From Raja brachyura (Eukaryota), in NCBI GenBank assembly GCA_963514005.1, contig OY740792.1, positions 21,018,001-21,082,000 of the forward strand: a stretch of DNA of 64,000 nucleotides, written 5' to 3'. The notes under the pieces are model-generated. The model saw nothing but the letters and a program-made list of their open reading frames with translations, ran no database searches and had not been told where the DNA came from. Of the stretch, positions 13,239-27,189 are shown in pieces. Within the stretch, counting starts at the first letter, position 1; each line of letters opens with the position of its first letter. The position numbers and the translations under genes were made by a program.

Positions 13239-14079
13239 TGCAGGGTGACTTGGAGGACAGGTTGGGTGAGTGGGCAGATGGATGGCAGATGCAGTTTAAT
13301 GTGGATAAATGTGAGATTATCCACTTTGGTTGCAAAACCAGGAAGGCAGATTATTATCTAAATGGTGTCAAGTTGGGAAAAGGGGAAAGTACAAAGAGAG
13401 CTGGGGGTCCTTCTTCATCACTCAGTGAAAGTAAGCATGCAGGTACAGCAGGCAGTGAAGAAAGCGAATGGCATGTTGGCCTTTACAGCAAGAGGAGTTG
13501 AGTATAGGAGCAAAGAGGTCCTTCTGCAGTTGTACAGGACCCTAGTGAGACCACACCTGGAGTATTGTGTGCAGTTTTGGTCTCCAATTTTGAGGAAGGA
13601 CATTCTTGTTATTGAGGGAGTGACGAGTAGGTTCACAAGGTTAATTACCAGGTTGGTGGGACTGTCATATGTTGATAGAATAGAGCGGCTGGGCTTGTAT
13701 ACTCTGGAATTTGGAAGGATGAGAGGGGTCTTATTGAAACATATAAGATTATTAAGGGTTTGGACATGCTCGAGGCAGGAAACATGTTCCCGATGTTGGG
13801 AGAGTCCAGAACCAGGAGCCACAGTTTGAGAATAAGGGGTAAGCCATTTAGAACAGAGATTATGAATCTGTGGAATTCTCTATCTCAGAAGGCAGTGGAG
13901 GTCAATTCTCTGGAGGCTTTCAAGAGAGACAGATAGATCTCTTAAATATAGAGGAGTGAAGGGATGTGGGGAGAAGGCAAGAACTGGGTACTGATTGTGG
14001 ATGATCAGCTATGATCACAGTGAATGGTGGTGCTGGCTCGAAGTGCCGAATGGTCTACTCCTGCACCTATTGTCTATTG
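13239..14079 (+). mobile_element. CR1/HER1-type LINE 3' fragment
   Basis: ORFs 13238 and 13362 (WQMQFNVDKCE, LYRTLVRPHLEYCVQFWSP). Tail is (CTATTGT)n. Confidence 0.95.
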
Positions 14080-14315
14080 AAATAATTTGTTGTGGTCTTC
14101 AGGATGATTGGCAGAATATTTAAACTATGATTTGGAATGCAGGACTCAAAGTGATTGACATAATCTAATATTTGTTCGTTTTGAAATGTTATAGGGCACA
14201 GTAACAGAAAGGGAACTGATAAATATTTCAAATAGTTGTGTAACTGCAGTAAAAACATTTAAATGGCCCATTCTTTGCCTTGATTATTATTGTTGTATTA
14301 TTTATCAAAGGGTTA

Positions 14316-15715
14316 CTTCCTGATGTACTAGTGGCCAGAGGATCTGGGGTGGTGGAGGAACTGAAGGAAATCCACATTAAGCAGGAAATGGTGTTGGGTG
14401 GGCTGACGGGACTGAAGGCTGATAAATCCCCAGGGCCTGATGGTCTGCATTCCAGGGTACTCAAGGAAGTGGCTCTAGAAATTGTGGATGCATTGGTGAT
14501 CATTTTCCAATGTTCTTTAGATTCAGGATCAGTTCCTGTGGATTGGAGGGTAGCTAATGTTATCCTACTTTTTAAGAAAGGCAGGAGAGAGAAAACAGGG
14601 AATTATAGACCAGTTAGCCTGACATCGGTGGTGGGGAAGATGCTGGAGTCAATCATAAAAGATGAAATAGTGGAACATTTGGATAGCAGTAACAGGATCG
14701 GTCCGAGTCAGCATGGATTTACGAAGGGGAAATCATGCTTGACTAATCGTCTGGAATTTTTTGAGGATGTAACTAGGAAGATGGACAAGGGAGATGGATG
14801 TAGTATACCTGGACTTTCAGAAAGCATTTGATAAGGTCCAACATAGGAGATTAGTGGTCAAAATGATGGCACATGGTATTGGGGGTAGAGTGCTGACATG
14901 GATAGAAAATTGGTTGGCAGACTGGACAAAGTATAGCATTTAACGGGTCCCTTTCAGAATGAGTGACTATTGGGGTACCACAAGGCACGGTGCTGGGACC
15001 GCAGCTATTTACAATAAACATCAATGATTTAGAAGAAGGGATTCAAAATAACATTAGCAAATTTGCAGATGACACAAAGCTGGGTGGCAGTGTGAACTGT
15101 GAGGAGGATGCTATGAGAATGCAGGGTGACTTGGATAGGTTGGATGAGTGGCATGGCAGATGCAAATGAAGTATTGCATGCAGTTTTGGTCCCATAATTT
15201 GAGGAAGGACATTCTTGCTATTGAGGGAAACGATAGGGAGTGCAGCGTAGGTTTACAAGGTTTATTCCCGGGATGGCGGGACTGTCGTAAGCTGAGAGAA
15301 TGGAGTGGCTGGGCTTGTATACTCTGGAATTTAGAAGGATAAGAGGGGATGTTATTGAAACATTTAAGATTATTAAGGGTTTGGACACGCTAGAGGCAGG
15401 AAAGATGTTCCCGATGTTGGGGGAGTCCAGAACCAGGGGCCGCAGTTTAAGAATACGGGGCAAGCCATTTAGAACAGAGATAAGGAAACACTTTTTCACA
15501 CAGAGTGTTGTGAGTGTGGAATTCTCTGCCTCAGAGGGCGGTGGAGGCCAGTTTTCTGGATACTTTCAAGAGAGAGCTAGATAGGGCTATTAAAGTTAGC
15601 AGAGTCAGGGGAGTTGGGGAGAGGGCAGGAACGGGGTACTGATTGGGGGTGATCAGCCATGATCACAATGAATGGCGGCGCAGGCTCGAAGGGCCGATTG
15701 TCTACTGTCTATTGT
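14316..15715 (+). mobile_element. CR1/HER1-type LINE with internal deletion
   Basis: ORFs 14280, 14963 and 15300 (KSPGPDG, NYRPVSLTS, FADDTK). The sequence jumps from WQMQ to YCMQFWS near 15168. Tail is ctattgt. Confidence 0.95.
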
Positions 15716-18289
15716 TACACATTTATACCTCTTCATCATTATTTGATTCTCCCTCTTATTACCCTCTTAAGCAGTCATGCAAAATGTAATTATTTTTCAG
15801 TTCAACTTTTCTGATACACTCCTTGTTAACTCTTAAGCATTATCCTGCATAAAATGCAACTCACTTAAAACTCCACTGTGCACACTTTTTCTCAACGTCA
15901 TTCTCATCCTGTCCTCAGTGGTCTCTATTTCCCAATGTAATTCGTTCAAAATGTTAATATTTACCTTTTGTTGAATTTATCCTACTTTCCCTTTTCCACT
16001 ACCATTCCTGCAGAGTAGCGTGCAATTTTTTAATGTCTTTAATTTCTGGCCACCTTTGAAACCCTTGTAACTTTCTTCAGATTTATTGGCAGAAATTCAG
16101 TTTATTTGATGTTCAGTGATGTCTGTAAATTTGATATCATTCAATTGCCCTTTAAATATTACCATGAAGCTTATATCTCCTTTAACCAAAAGCCAACTGC
16201 CCTGCTATTTAAAAAAAAACACCACAAATTATGTGCTCGATAAATGAAGTAAGATCCATCAAAACATTTAGAATTTGTCCATTTTACATCCATCTATTAA
16301 ATCTACATCACATATTCTTTCGACATGTTCATGCTTGCATATAATGAAGACCAGAGAGCTTGGTGAAGAAAGAAATCTGAGCAAACTTAAAGACACATGG
16401 GAAGTCTGAATACACCAGGCACTCATTTCTGCAATGCATAACTTCAGTACAATTAATACAAACAATTTGATGTTGGCAAGATGATTATTTTACATTATAT
16501 TTGCATCTACCAAATGTTGTTTTGAACTTACATAAATGATTGGAAACCCAAAACCTAAGCAGCAGTCTGAACTGAGTCCCACTATAACATAACCAATAGC
16601 CATAGGAATTTGTATGGTTTGGCTTTTGGTGTGATGAAGTAATGGAAGGAGTGGCAGGTTTTCAGCAAGTAATGGAAACAGCTAGCTGGCTCTATGTTAG
16701 ATTTATTTGACTCTATGTTATTCAAACCAACCAAATCTGATTTTCAGCAACAGTAAAATTAATACGTTACTATGTCAAAAATAAAGTTCAATATATCTTT
16801 GTAAGAAGCAACACTAACCCTAATTAATTTTTCCTTTTCATTGATTATACATAGAACTATAAATCGAATAATTTGGCACTGATATGAGTAATATTTCATA
16901 ATAGTTCAGTATAAATCAAAAAAAGAAATAGAACACATGGATTTTCATCTACAACTATTTCATACTCAGGGTAATTTTTGTGCTTGTTCACCTCTCAGAA
17001 ATGGACGTCTACCACCTTTAGCAACAGATTTGTATTAAGCACTCAGGATTTGGAGTAAATGCAGACTAAAGTTTGGTTCATATAGCCTTAACAACTAGAC
17101 GAACAATCCACAACATTTTTAAAATGTTGTATATTTCTTATACTAGTCAAATTAATAGCCTCCCAAACTATAGATTGTTTTGTGCAGTAGACCCTTGCCT
17201 AACTGATGCAGTTGTACAGTTCAAACTGAATGCAGTCACTGTCCCATTTATGAGATTAAGGATGTCAGAGAGTAATATTCCCATATCAAAAAACAAAATG
17301 TTGATGGAACCCAGTGGGCCACAACAAATCTATGGAGGAAATGAACAGACGATGTTTTGGGTCGAGACCCTCCCTTCTTTTGTAGATACCCATTGATTAT
17401 TTTGTCTTTGAAATACTTTGAATAGTATTTTTATAAAATAAACTTTAAAAGTCTCTCCCTGCCTGATATTTCAATTACCTAACCCTAATTGCTATTTAAC
17501 ATCCCATAAGAACACATGCTGGAAAAGTTATTTGTTGTACAGAAGCAATTAAAATACAAATAACAAGCCAAAGTAACTGAAAATTCACCAGCCAATTTCA
17601 ACAAATGACAGCTTAGCCCATATCTGGGTGGGAATTTCAGGCATTATCACCAATGTACAAGCATGAGAAAGATCAGAGCCGGGGTCAAGGAATACAGCTG
17701 AGAATGGAGCACAAGTGCAGCCCAGCTGGAAAGTGACAAGGGAGAGATCAACACCAACAGAAAGGAAGGTGGCCGTGAGGTTGGCTATATGCCTGGAGGT
17801 TACATTGCATTACCTCCTCCAACCAAAAGCCCCCACTCCATGTCTTCCCAAAGAAAAAGAAGGATGTTTGTTCATATCCTGATTGATAGAAACAGTTTAC
17901 CCAATCAACCATTTATCTGCAACTTTTAATTCTTCCTTCCACCAAATAAAAATATTTTGACAAATGTCCCTAATGAGCTCCCTCTGAGCAGGGCAAAGAT
18001 TAATATGCTACAGGAATATTCTGGGGTGCGGGGGGGGAGATAACAAGCTAATATAAACTATACAATGTGTACTGAATAATTATTTTGTAAAATTCCAATT
18101 TAGAGCATTAATATAATATACCCATGAGTGGATAAAATATTTTGTTCCGGCCAGCTTCAGTACATTTTTCAATTTCTTGATGCAGAATAGTTTCAGTATA
18201 TAGAAGATATCAAATATCAATGTAATAATTGAATAAATGTTTTAACATCTTTGTTGCATTAAAAATATATAAATAGTAATGAGTGGATT

Positions 18290-19100
18290 ACAGTGCAAAG
18301 TAACTGTTAGTTATGCTGATGTAGATCCAAGTGGACAGGTAATATTGCAAAAAAAATGCACGTGATGTAGTAATGTGGAAGTTGTACTTCTTGACTTGAA
18401 ACTTGCACAGAGATAACAGTATGAGGTAGAACCACCAGTATGTGTCAGACCTCCAGGAAGAGGGTTTGAAAGAGGTAATTTGTTCAGGAATGTGATAGCC
18501 GTGTGGACGCTGCTCTTGAGACTGGAAGTCTGAGCTTTCAAACTCCTGTAAATTCTCCCAGAAGGTAGAAGAAAGAAAATAGATTAGCCAAGGTGGCAGG
18601 TATCCCTGATGATACTTCCAGCCTTTTTGATGCAATGCAGTGAAGATGGACTGGATGGAAGGAAATGATGAGGCTGTGATGGATTCACACTCATTGTGGG
18701 TTCAGGCAGCCAAGAGCAGAGCAGTTACAATACCAGGCTGACATGCATCCCATCAGAATACTGTCAATAGCACATCTGTGAAAGTTTTAGAGAATCCTCA
18801 TGGACATGCTTTTTAGAAAGTAAATATGCTGGTGCACTTTCTTGGTCACTGCATCAATGTGAAAGGATCAGGTTAGGTTTGTGATGACATGGATGCCTAG
18901 GAACTTGAAGCTGATGCCTGTTTCTGAGCAGCTCCATTGATGAAGACTGGGTTGTGTCACCTCACTCCTACTCCACCCCTTTTCCAATCCTCAGGTCAAC
19001 AACTAACTCCTGCCTTACTGACATTAGTGCTGTGCTGTTGTCCAGATGCCATGGCACAAGGTTTCTTGATCTCTTTCCTGTATTCCATCTTGTTGTTGCT
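18290..19100 (-). mobile_element. Degenerate Rex1-like LINE 3' part
   Basis: Minus strand retains cttcaagttcctaggcatccatgtc (FKFLGIH) and downstream Rex1-like remnants. Confidence 0.6.
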
Positions 19101-20237
19101 ATGATTTCCCTTAGGAACTAACGTAAATGTTAAAAGTTATGACAGCAATTATTGAACTGCAGGACTGCACCTGAAATGTTTGGTCATTTCAATTTAAATG
19201 AGTTAATATCATAACTTAAAGCAACTTTTATTTATATTCTTGATTTTCTCACAAAAAAATCCAAGGATTCCAAGGAAGTACAGGATTATTAATTCATTTA
19301 TTTTGAAGTATGTCAAAGACGTTTGTTAATAAAACAACTGCACATTAGAACAAGTTCATTTAATTCAGCTGGGCATCTACTCTTAGATTCACTCCATAGC
19401 AGTAGAAAATTACATTGACATTTTCAGCTGCATATACAAATGTGAAAAATATAAGTATATAATATTTCACATATCAATTTGTTGTTTGCTCTTAGTCATT
19501 GGAGAGTAAAAACTGAAAGCTGATACATTGCATGATCCAAGTAATTGTCTCTGCCTGTCACATCTGACTTCTAATTCTCAATGGGTTCATTGTCTTTTGT
19601 ATAAAATGGACTGGTTTAATGGAGGTGGTGTCCATTCTGATAGCAGAGAGCAGGTTTGAGTGCTCATTGTGAAAACAGGGTAGAGGCATTATTCCTGCCC
19701 GTAGTTTAGAAAATAATTCCTCAGTTTAGCTTGTTTAGCTTAGTGACACACCAAAATTTAACAAGATATATCTTGGTAAATAAAAAATATTCTTTCAAGC
19801 TGAAATTACTATTTGATTAATAATTCTCCTGTGAAAAATTGCTGTATTAATTAATGCATAACAAAGCAAAACATTTTTCTGCTTTGTATTAAAATTGTTG
19901 TCATCTGCATTGCACAGAGAATATATATAGTTTACCTCTCTCTAAAATGTGGTCAAATTAAAACTTCAAGGGTACCAACCTCACGTCCATCTATAATAAA
20001 TCAGGTACATTGTTTTATAAAGATAGGAACAATGTACCAATTAACAATTTGGGATATGGATCATATGCAGACAGAGATTAATTTAATCTGGCATAATGTT
20101 TGGCTCAGATACTGTGAGCTGAAGGGCATGTTCCTGGGCTGTACTCTTCTGTGTTCTAACACACTTCATTGTAATTCTTCTCATCAAGTAATAATGTGAT
20201 AACATTGTGCAGTTCATGGGTAAACTATCAAACCTGG

Positions 20238-20429
20238 CCTTTCCCTTTATGGTGATAACCATTAATTTCTTTCTGTTTTGGGGGTGACAGACTCACCTGG
20301 GGGGCAATAATATTCTTGAGAGAACATTATTTGTTAAGAAATAATGTTCGCTCATGAATATCATTGACCCCTGGTGAGTCTATCACCCCCTAAAAAAAAT
20401 AGTTATGGTTGTCACCCTAAAGGGAAAGG
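20238..20429. repeat. ~190-bp imperfect palindrome (hairpin/foldback element)
   Basis: Left arm cctttcccttta.ggtga.aaccat...gggggtgacagactcacc...gaacattattt is the reverse complement of the right arm around a ~6-nt centre (gttaag). Confidence 0.9.
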
Positions 20430-20958
20430 AAATTTTCACAGCTCTCCCATTTTTGTGGGAAAAAAAACTGTTTAAGCAGTAAGTGCAGTCTTTTTGGCCT
20501 CTTGATCCTAATGTCCTGTATTGGCAGCAACTTGTAAAAGTTTGAATTCTTCATACCAGCCACAAGGAACTGACCATTAGTCAATGAGGCCTCTCTTCCT
20601 GGACACATTTTACACTTGTCTAACAAGAACCTATAAACTTCAATCTTGACAATTTGAATTGATATAAGATGCCTAACAATTCACGGGAAACACTTCCAAG
20701 TATCAACTACATTTATGTGAGAAAAAAAAAATGCATTCTGGTTTCATCAGTTTTAATTACAAGCTATCCCTTTTAGTTCCAGATTCGCACAGCACACATA
20801 TTAATTTTGGTCATTTGAGGCGTGACCAATATCACATCAGATATTCTGGATCCAAACTCCTTAAAACTGCAGGAATTCCTTAAAACTGCAGGTACTACCT
20901 AGCATATGGGATATATATTTATTTGCAAAAGAAACAGTAGAATAATTAAATAAACTAC

Positions 20959-21776
20959 TGTAGCGGCACCTAGTGGTGGCCTGGGAATCACAAACCCTCG
21001 CTATTGGCTGGCGCGGTCACATGATCGCGGGAGTGTTTTCGCGGGCTTTTGTATAGCATTCATTCACGCTCTACCGTGTTAGAAGGAGCTTCGTATTTCG
21101 ACAATGCTGCGCCCCCTGCTCGTTTGCAGGAAATGCCTCGGCCGATTGTCAGTAGAGGCTATCGCGATCGGCCAGATTCACCGCCTCTAGGTTCGGGACC
21201 GCCGTTCCGGACTTCGTTTCCTCATGGACTCGGAGCCGTCGTGAGCATCCTCCCCCGACTGGACTGGACACCCGTGCCGGTAAGTGAGGCCCCGTCCTGA
21301 CCGCCGTCAACAGCAGCACCATCCGCATGTAGGGCATGCGGACTCTTTCCCTCATCTTTGACTCCCGCCCATATTCCTGGACTTTTACCGTCGCGGACGT
21401 GGCCTAACCGTTGCTGGGTGCCGATTTCCTCCGGGCCTTTTCGCTACTGGTGGACGTGCGGGGCAGGCACCTCGTTCCACCGGTGTGCCCCGGGACCGCA
21501 AGCCCGCAGCACCACGGAACCTCCCCACCCGCAGCTGAGCGCAGTAGCCAATGGAGATGGCCCGTATGCCTCCCTGCTCGCCAAGGTCCCTGGGCTTTTC
21601 ACCCCCCCCCCCCCCATTTTCGTGCGACCGTCCTTAAGCATGGGGTGGTGCACCTTATTCCCTGCGGATTGGTAAAGAGGAGTTCAGACAGATGGAGGAC
21701 ATGGGAATCGTGCGGTACTCTGATAGCCCGTGGACATCCCCATTGCAGATGGTCCCTAAAGCATCTGGGGGGAGGA
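20959..21776 (+). mobile_element. Internally deleted Ty3/Gypsy LTR retrotransposon remnant
   Basis: Starts TGTAGCG and is GC/CpG-rich. Aspartic protease remnants (DSGAVVSILP; LLGADFLRAFSLLVDVRGRHLV) and the RT start (SPWTSPLQMVPKASGG) are present. Confidence 0.85.
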
Positions 21777-23670
21777 AACGCGTTTGAGTAAATTGTTTTA
21801 TTGTCGTTCAAAATAAAGAATCTTACCTTACTCAATCAACTCGACTCTCCAAACTACAAATGAGTAATAGTTAATGGGTTAATATTAAAATCCATATATG
21901 CAAAACTGCAGAAATACAATTGGGGTTAGTATATTCCTTGTACTATAATGTGTACATTATCCAAATGCTTGCGTGCCAAAACAATCAGGATAATATAGTG
22001 GCCAGAAATTACATCACTAATTATTATTCAAAGAGATTGGGATTTTTGGAATGCACTCAGCACCTAGCTGCCATTAGTCCAGATGTCTTCAACTTTACTT
22101 ATATTGCATTAACGCGTACTTTCAAACCAAAAATATAAAGTTGAAATATCAATAAGGCATAGCAAAGAATGATGAGAAAAGTTATTCTTTCTAACGTGAT
22201 CCTGTGATTTGTTGCCAATTATGACATTTGGAAATCCAGAATGGCTCATTTCAGATGATGAATGTTAAGTTCAGAACAGCAGGGAGATAGAATTGATTTT
22301 TGTGCTAGTTGAAATTTTATTTCCATGACTGAAAATAATAAAGTAACCCAGAAGCAGTCCTCAGGCACAGCCACCGCCTGAATTAATGGGCCACCAAGCA
22401 TAATTCCCCTTTTTAATCATTGAACCTGGATTTTTGGCACAACTGTTAAGCAAGAGGGAATAGGACTTCTTCCAATTCACTTAATTCAGTGACTGCATAT
22501 TTTAGTGTCACCTTGAATATTCTGTGCAGGTTTCTGAGTATGTCAATAGCTCTGGGTCAGCACCTAGTAAATTTGAAGGCAGGACGTAATGTGCTGTCAT
22601 AGGATTTAAGTATCTGCTGTAATTTAGTTCCACCAACTTCAATTAAATTAAATTTAAAATTGCATATGTTAGTATGCTGTGAATTCAGCACATGTCAATA
22701 AATTTCTAACCTTCAAAAATACTCTCATTATGATTGAGCGAGTAGGATGGAACCACCAAGAAAATCTTGATCTGAATGTAAAAGAATTGGGAAGATGGGG
22801 GTGTCTTTTTCCAGATGTGGGTGTAGATTGGGAACTGTTGAAAGGGAGAGGCCAGTTGTATAGTAGACACAGAAATGAAGATAAATACTGTCTCAACAAT
22901 CAAGAATGACAGTCACATGACATAAGAGGTGCTGTTGAAGACATTTTGGATAGATCTTATAGAGAAAAAAACACAGCAGACACAATATACGTGGTATTTT
23001 TTGGTTAACTACTGAATGAGGTAATGATCAAGAGGACTATTTTGCCCTGTTATCTGAGGCCCCCTGTTGTTTATATACTTATATTCATCCAGGCAAACAC
23101 AGATGTATTTAATGGTTACACACAGGATAAGGTCACTGTGTCCTCGCAGGGCCTTCAGCAGAGCAACTAGTTCCACACTTGGCCCTGTCTCCATGGCTTT
23201 GCAATTTTTTCCTTTCTGTACATTTATCAAATTCCCTAATGAAGGCACATGACAAAAGCTATCCTCAACACATCTGCAGGTAATTCATTCCAGATTCTAA
23301 TGCTGCATGAAAAAAAAAAATCCTCCAGAACACTCACAATTCTCTTCCCCTTTATTTTAAACCTGTGGCATCTCCTCGTTAACTCATCTACTAAAGGAAC
23401 CAGGCTCCGACAATCTATACTGTACATTGTCCTCATTATTTTAAATGTTTCTATCATTGCTCTCAATCTTTGCATCTGCACAGAAAATTGTCTCAGCCCC
23501 TCTAATTTATAACCGCAGTCTCTCATCTCAGGAAATATGCTCATAATATTTTTTCTGAATCTTCTCTAAATTTCCAATCACGTATTGACCAAAATTCAAT
23601 ATTATGCTCCAGCTGAGGCTAGAACAGTGTTTTATAAAGATTCAACTTGCTTTTCCTGCTTTTATAGTCT

Positions 23671-24687
23671 ACTAGACCAAGTGGGACCCATTGGGTCCCG
23701 TCCCCTCAATGCACGGATGCAAGGGGAGTGGGCGGCCTGCGGTGTCGCACACACATTAACCAACCTATCACACACACACACACTAACCACCCCCATTGAT
23801 ATCATATTAATATTATTAATTCACTCCTTTTACCCCATGCCCCGCCCTATTCACTCACACATAGCCCCCAACTCGCAGGCACAGAGAGGGACACATAGGC
23901 ACAGAGCGGGACACGGGGGCACAGAGAGGGACACGGGGCACAGAGAGGGACACGAGGGCACACGGGGAACTCTCTGGAAACTCGGAGCGGTTTGCAGCTG
24001 GAGTGAGCGTGCTGGGTAGGGGCGAGGCTTCACAAGCTGCGCCCGCCGCGAGGAGAAAGTTCTTCAGCGCTTGAGCGCCAGTGACCTCTGGTGCCCTCGG
24101 GATCTGCAGAACTTGCTTGTTCTTTTTGTGCCTTTTGAAGAACGGGGGGGGGGGGGGGGGAGGTGGTAACATAACTCATGGAAAACAGGGCGCATGCGCG
24201 TTGACAGCAGCTGCTTTTATCCAGAGCGGGGGTGGCAGAGCCACGAGCGAGATGGGCCATGAGCAAAGGCAGCAGCTGGGCAGCGGTTATATTAAAAAAA
24301 AACTTCAGATTGGTGATAAATGTTAGTGAAAAACTCGGGAAATAATTAACCAAATTTTGTGGATTTTTGAAATCATAAGGTAAACTTTGACCAGAAAATG
24401 TAAAATTTTCACTGTTATTATAAGGCCAGCAGCTGGGCAGCGGTCAGATGTGAAAAAAAGTCAAATTGGTCAACAATTTTAAGTCAGGAGAATAATTAAC
24501 TAAAGAAAAAAAGTCATGAGAATAATTAACAAAATTTACAATGGAGTGGATTTCTGAAATCATAAGGTAAATCTCCACTGGAATATGTAAAGATTTCCCC
24601 ATTTTGGCATCTGGGTTTTGAGGAGATGCATTTCAAATGCGAAATGACACACACGCATACACAGAACTTCAATAAGTATATGATATG
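23671..24687 (+). mobile_element. Non-autonomous DINE/Lep1-like (Helitron/Helentron-type) element
   Basis: Begins actagaccaagtGGGACCCAtTGGGTCCC (terminal hairpin) and ends acacacgcatacacaga...aagtatatgatatg. Removing it rejoins CR1 as ...ttatagtct|atgcctcta with no clear TSD. The class is inferred. Confidence 0.6.
23878..23966 (+). repeat. 20-bp minisatellite (ggcacagagagggacacggg) x ~4.5
   Basis: Read directly from the sequence. Confidence 0.9.
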
Positions 24688-24757
24688 ATGCCTCTATTGA
24701 TAAATCCCAAAATTATGTCAAATTAATTGCAGCCAATAGTTATCATTTTCAATATAA

Positions 24758-24975
24758 GACACAAGTGCTGAAGGTCTGACAGCATTTCTGGAAAACATGG
24801 ATAAGTGACATTTCAGGTTGGGACCCTTCTTCAGTCTGAAGACCTCTTCTTGAGTATGAAGAAGGATCCCAACCCAAAACATTACCTATCTGTTTCTCCA
24901 AAGATGCTGCCTGAGTCATTGAGTTACTCCAGCACTTTGTGTCTTTTTCATAAATCAGCATCTGCAGTTCCTTGC
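24758..24975. mobile_element. Inverted pair of Penelope-like terminal fragments
   Basis: Two opposed copies of the ctgaagaagg..ccc.aaac...gatgctgcctga...ttactccagcactttgtgt motif, which also ends the element at 48820-49510. Confidence 0.65.
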
Positions 24976-27189
24976 TTCTGCCATTTTCAATGATACATAA
25001 CACACTTAATTCCAGGACTCCAATATTCTTTATTCTGTTTTGATTCTCCTAATTTTTCCTAACAAAATACAATACCTCACATTTCTCTGAATTAAACTTC
25101 ATATGTACTGAGTCTGCTTGTTCTACCAGCCGGTCTATATCCTGCTAGTCTACTAATATCCTCCTCAAAGCTTATTATACGGCCAAATTTTGCATCATCT
25201 ACAATCTTAAAATTATGGTTTGTATCCTGAAGTCTAGGTCATTAATATATATATATATTTAATGGCTCTGATGCAGATCCGTGGGGAAGGATACTATTTA
25301 CCTTCCTCCTGTCTGAATATCAACCTTTCACACAACCCTCTCTTGTCTGTTATTTAGCCAATTTCAAATTCCATGCTATTAATATTTCAATATGGATTAA
25401 CTCCACTCATCAAAAACATATACTAAATTGGTTAAACAATGCATACTGGCTTCCCTTAATCATTTTCCCTCAAGATGAATATGAATCCTATCTGGGATCT
25501 ATGTCTCCAAAGATGTTCCCACCTTCAAATATTTAAATTGACTGGTTTATAACAGCTGGCTTGCTCCCTTTTTTTAAACAGGGGAGAAACATTTATTCCT
25601 CTCTAACCCTCTGGCCTCACTCCATAATCAAAGAACATTGAAAAATTATGATTGGTGCCCCAGCAATCTCTTCATGTACTTCCCTCAAAATCCAATCCAA
25701 AGTGCTTTAACATATTTTAGCACATATGTTTGGGAGAAATTATATGCTGGGAAAAGTTTCATTAATCTTCATATTCACTCTCTCTAAAGTCAGCATTATA
25801 ATCCCTGGTGCATTTGTTGATCATCCTTCAAGGACACCTGTGCTCTCCACCACCTGAATCACATATTGTAGGAAGGTACTGCAGATGCTGGTTTATACCA
25901 AAGATAGGATACACATAGGGTACATAAAAACAAGTAACAGTACATGGATGACAAGCTACAGGGCAATTATCCTGAGGGGCAAGTTTTTCCACACAGAGGG
26001 TGGTAGTTATATGGAATAGTAGTTAAATGGAACTGGTGGGGGAATGGTAGAGGCATATGCAATTTCAGGTATTTAGATAAGAAAGGAGTAGAGGAACAAA
26101 TGGAGGTAAGTGGGATTTGCAGATAGGCGTCACTGTTTGCATAAGCAAGTTTGTCCGAAGGTCCCATTTCCGTACTGTGCAACGAAATTACTCTCCATTA
26201 CTCTCTATAATTAGTAGCTATTCGTATGTAGTATTGCATGTTTTCATTTATAATCTTGATTTTGAATGTTCGGAGGATCATGACTTTTACTTCTACATTG
26301 AGACACAGTTTTCAATTGTATGAGGAACGTAACAAGTGGACTCTTATTAAATAGAGAACAGGGTTGCAAATACAGGAATCAATTTCTACATGGATGACTA
26401 AGGTCGAAAAAGCGTCTTTAAGTTGTATAAGATTGAAATGAATCAAAGGTGCTGCCATGGAATCCAGCAATGCAGCTCAAGAATATCTATTTTCTGGTGT
26501 GGTATCTTTTGCAGTACTCACAAAAGAATGAAATGCAACTATGGCATTCCATGTCATGAAGAAGGTAGTAGCTATTTTTCTTCCTGCTGGTTTCATGCAG
26601 GAGTGAATGAAAAATAGTCCTTTCGCCCAGTCTTGAAAGCTACCCATGTTAACCTCCCTCTGCAACAGTAGATGGCAAATTGTGAGGTGGTGTGAATATC
26701 CACAGATAGAATCATTAACTTCTGCTGATTGGATTTGTTTCAGCATGTATGGCAATGCAATCCTTACACTTCTCTGAAGTTGCATTGATGGCTATAGCAG
26801 ATGGCATATTTTAGTGAGGATAAAGGTGCAGAGGTCAAACCACTCAGAAATTGATGTACGTTAAAATTTTGGTAAGATAATTGCTCCTTGAACATCTGAT
26901 AAATTATGACAACCCTGCTGAGAGCCAGCCTCCCACATTTATATTAACGTTTCCTGCCTAATTTTTCTCTGGTTATTTTCTCAATAATGCCATACTGCAG
27001 TTATTATTAAAACACAAAGTACCTGCTATAAAACCAGCATGTGCTCTACCAAGAAAACCAAAGCCAAAACCAAAGCTGTATCTAAACTGCTTATACACAA
27101 TTGTGCTAAGGACATCAACTCTATATGCAATAATAAGCTGTCTACATGTTAACAAGCACATAAAAACTAATTGTGTAGGTACAAATATA

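Larger units (their letters stand above)
23190..25690 (-). mobile_element. Old CR1 LINE with nested insertions
   Basis: ORF 23236..23544 (RLRAMIETFKIM...FF..IRIWNELP). CR1 sequence resumes after 24690 (caaattttgcatcatctacaa, the FADD..K region). Confidence 0.7.

Noticed and set aside
15965-21853. Splice-site-like pairs at 15965-16007, 19936-19990 and 21827-21853
   Set aside because: Each has an in-frame stop in the phase needed to fit the gene.
27023-27120. Candidate exon ending cag|gtactt (FGFGFGFLG)
   Set aside because: The acceptor is poor and ambiguous, and there is no similarity to the repeat family.
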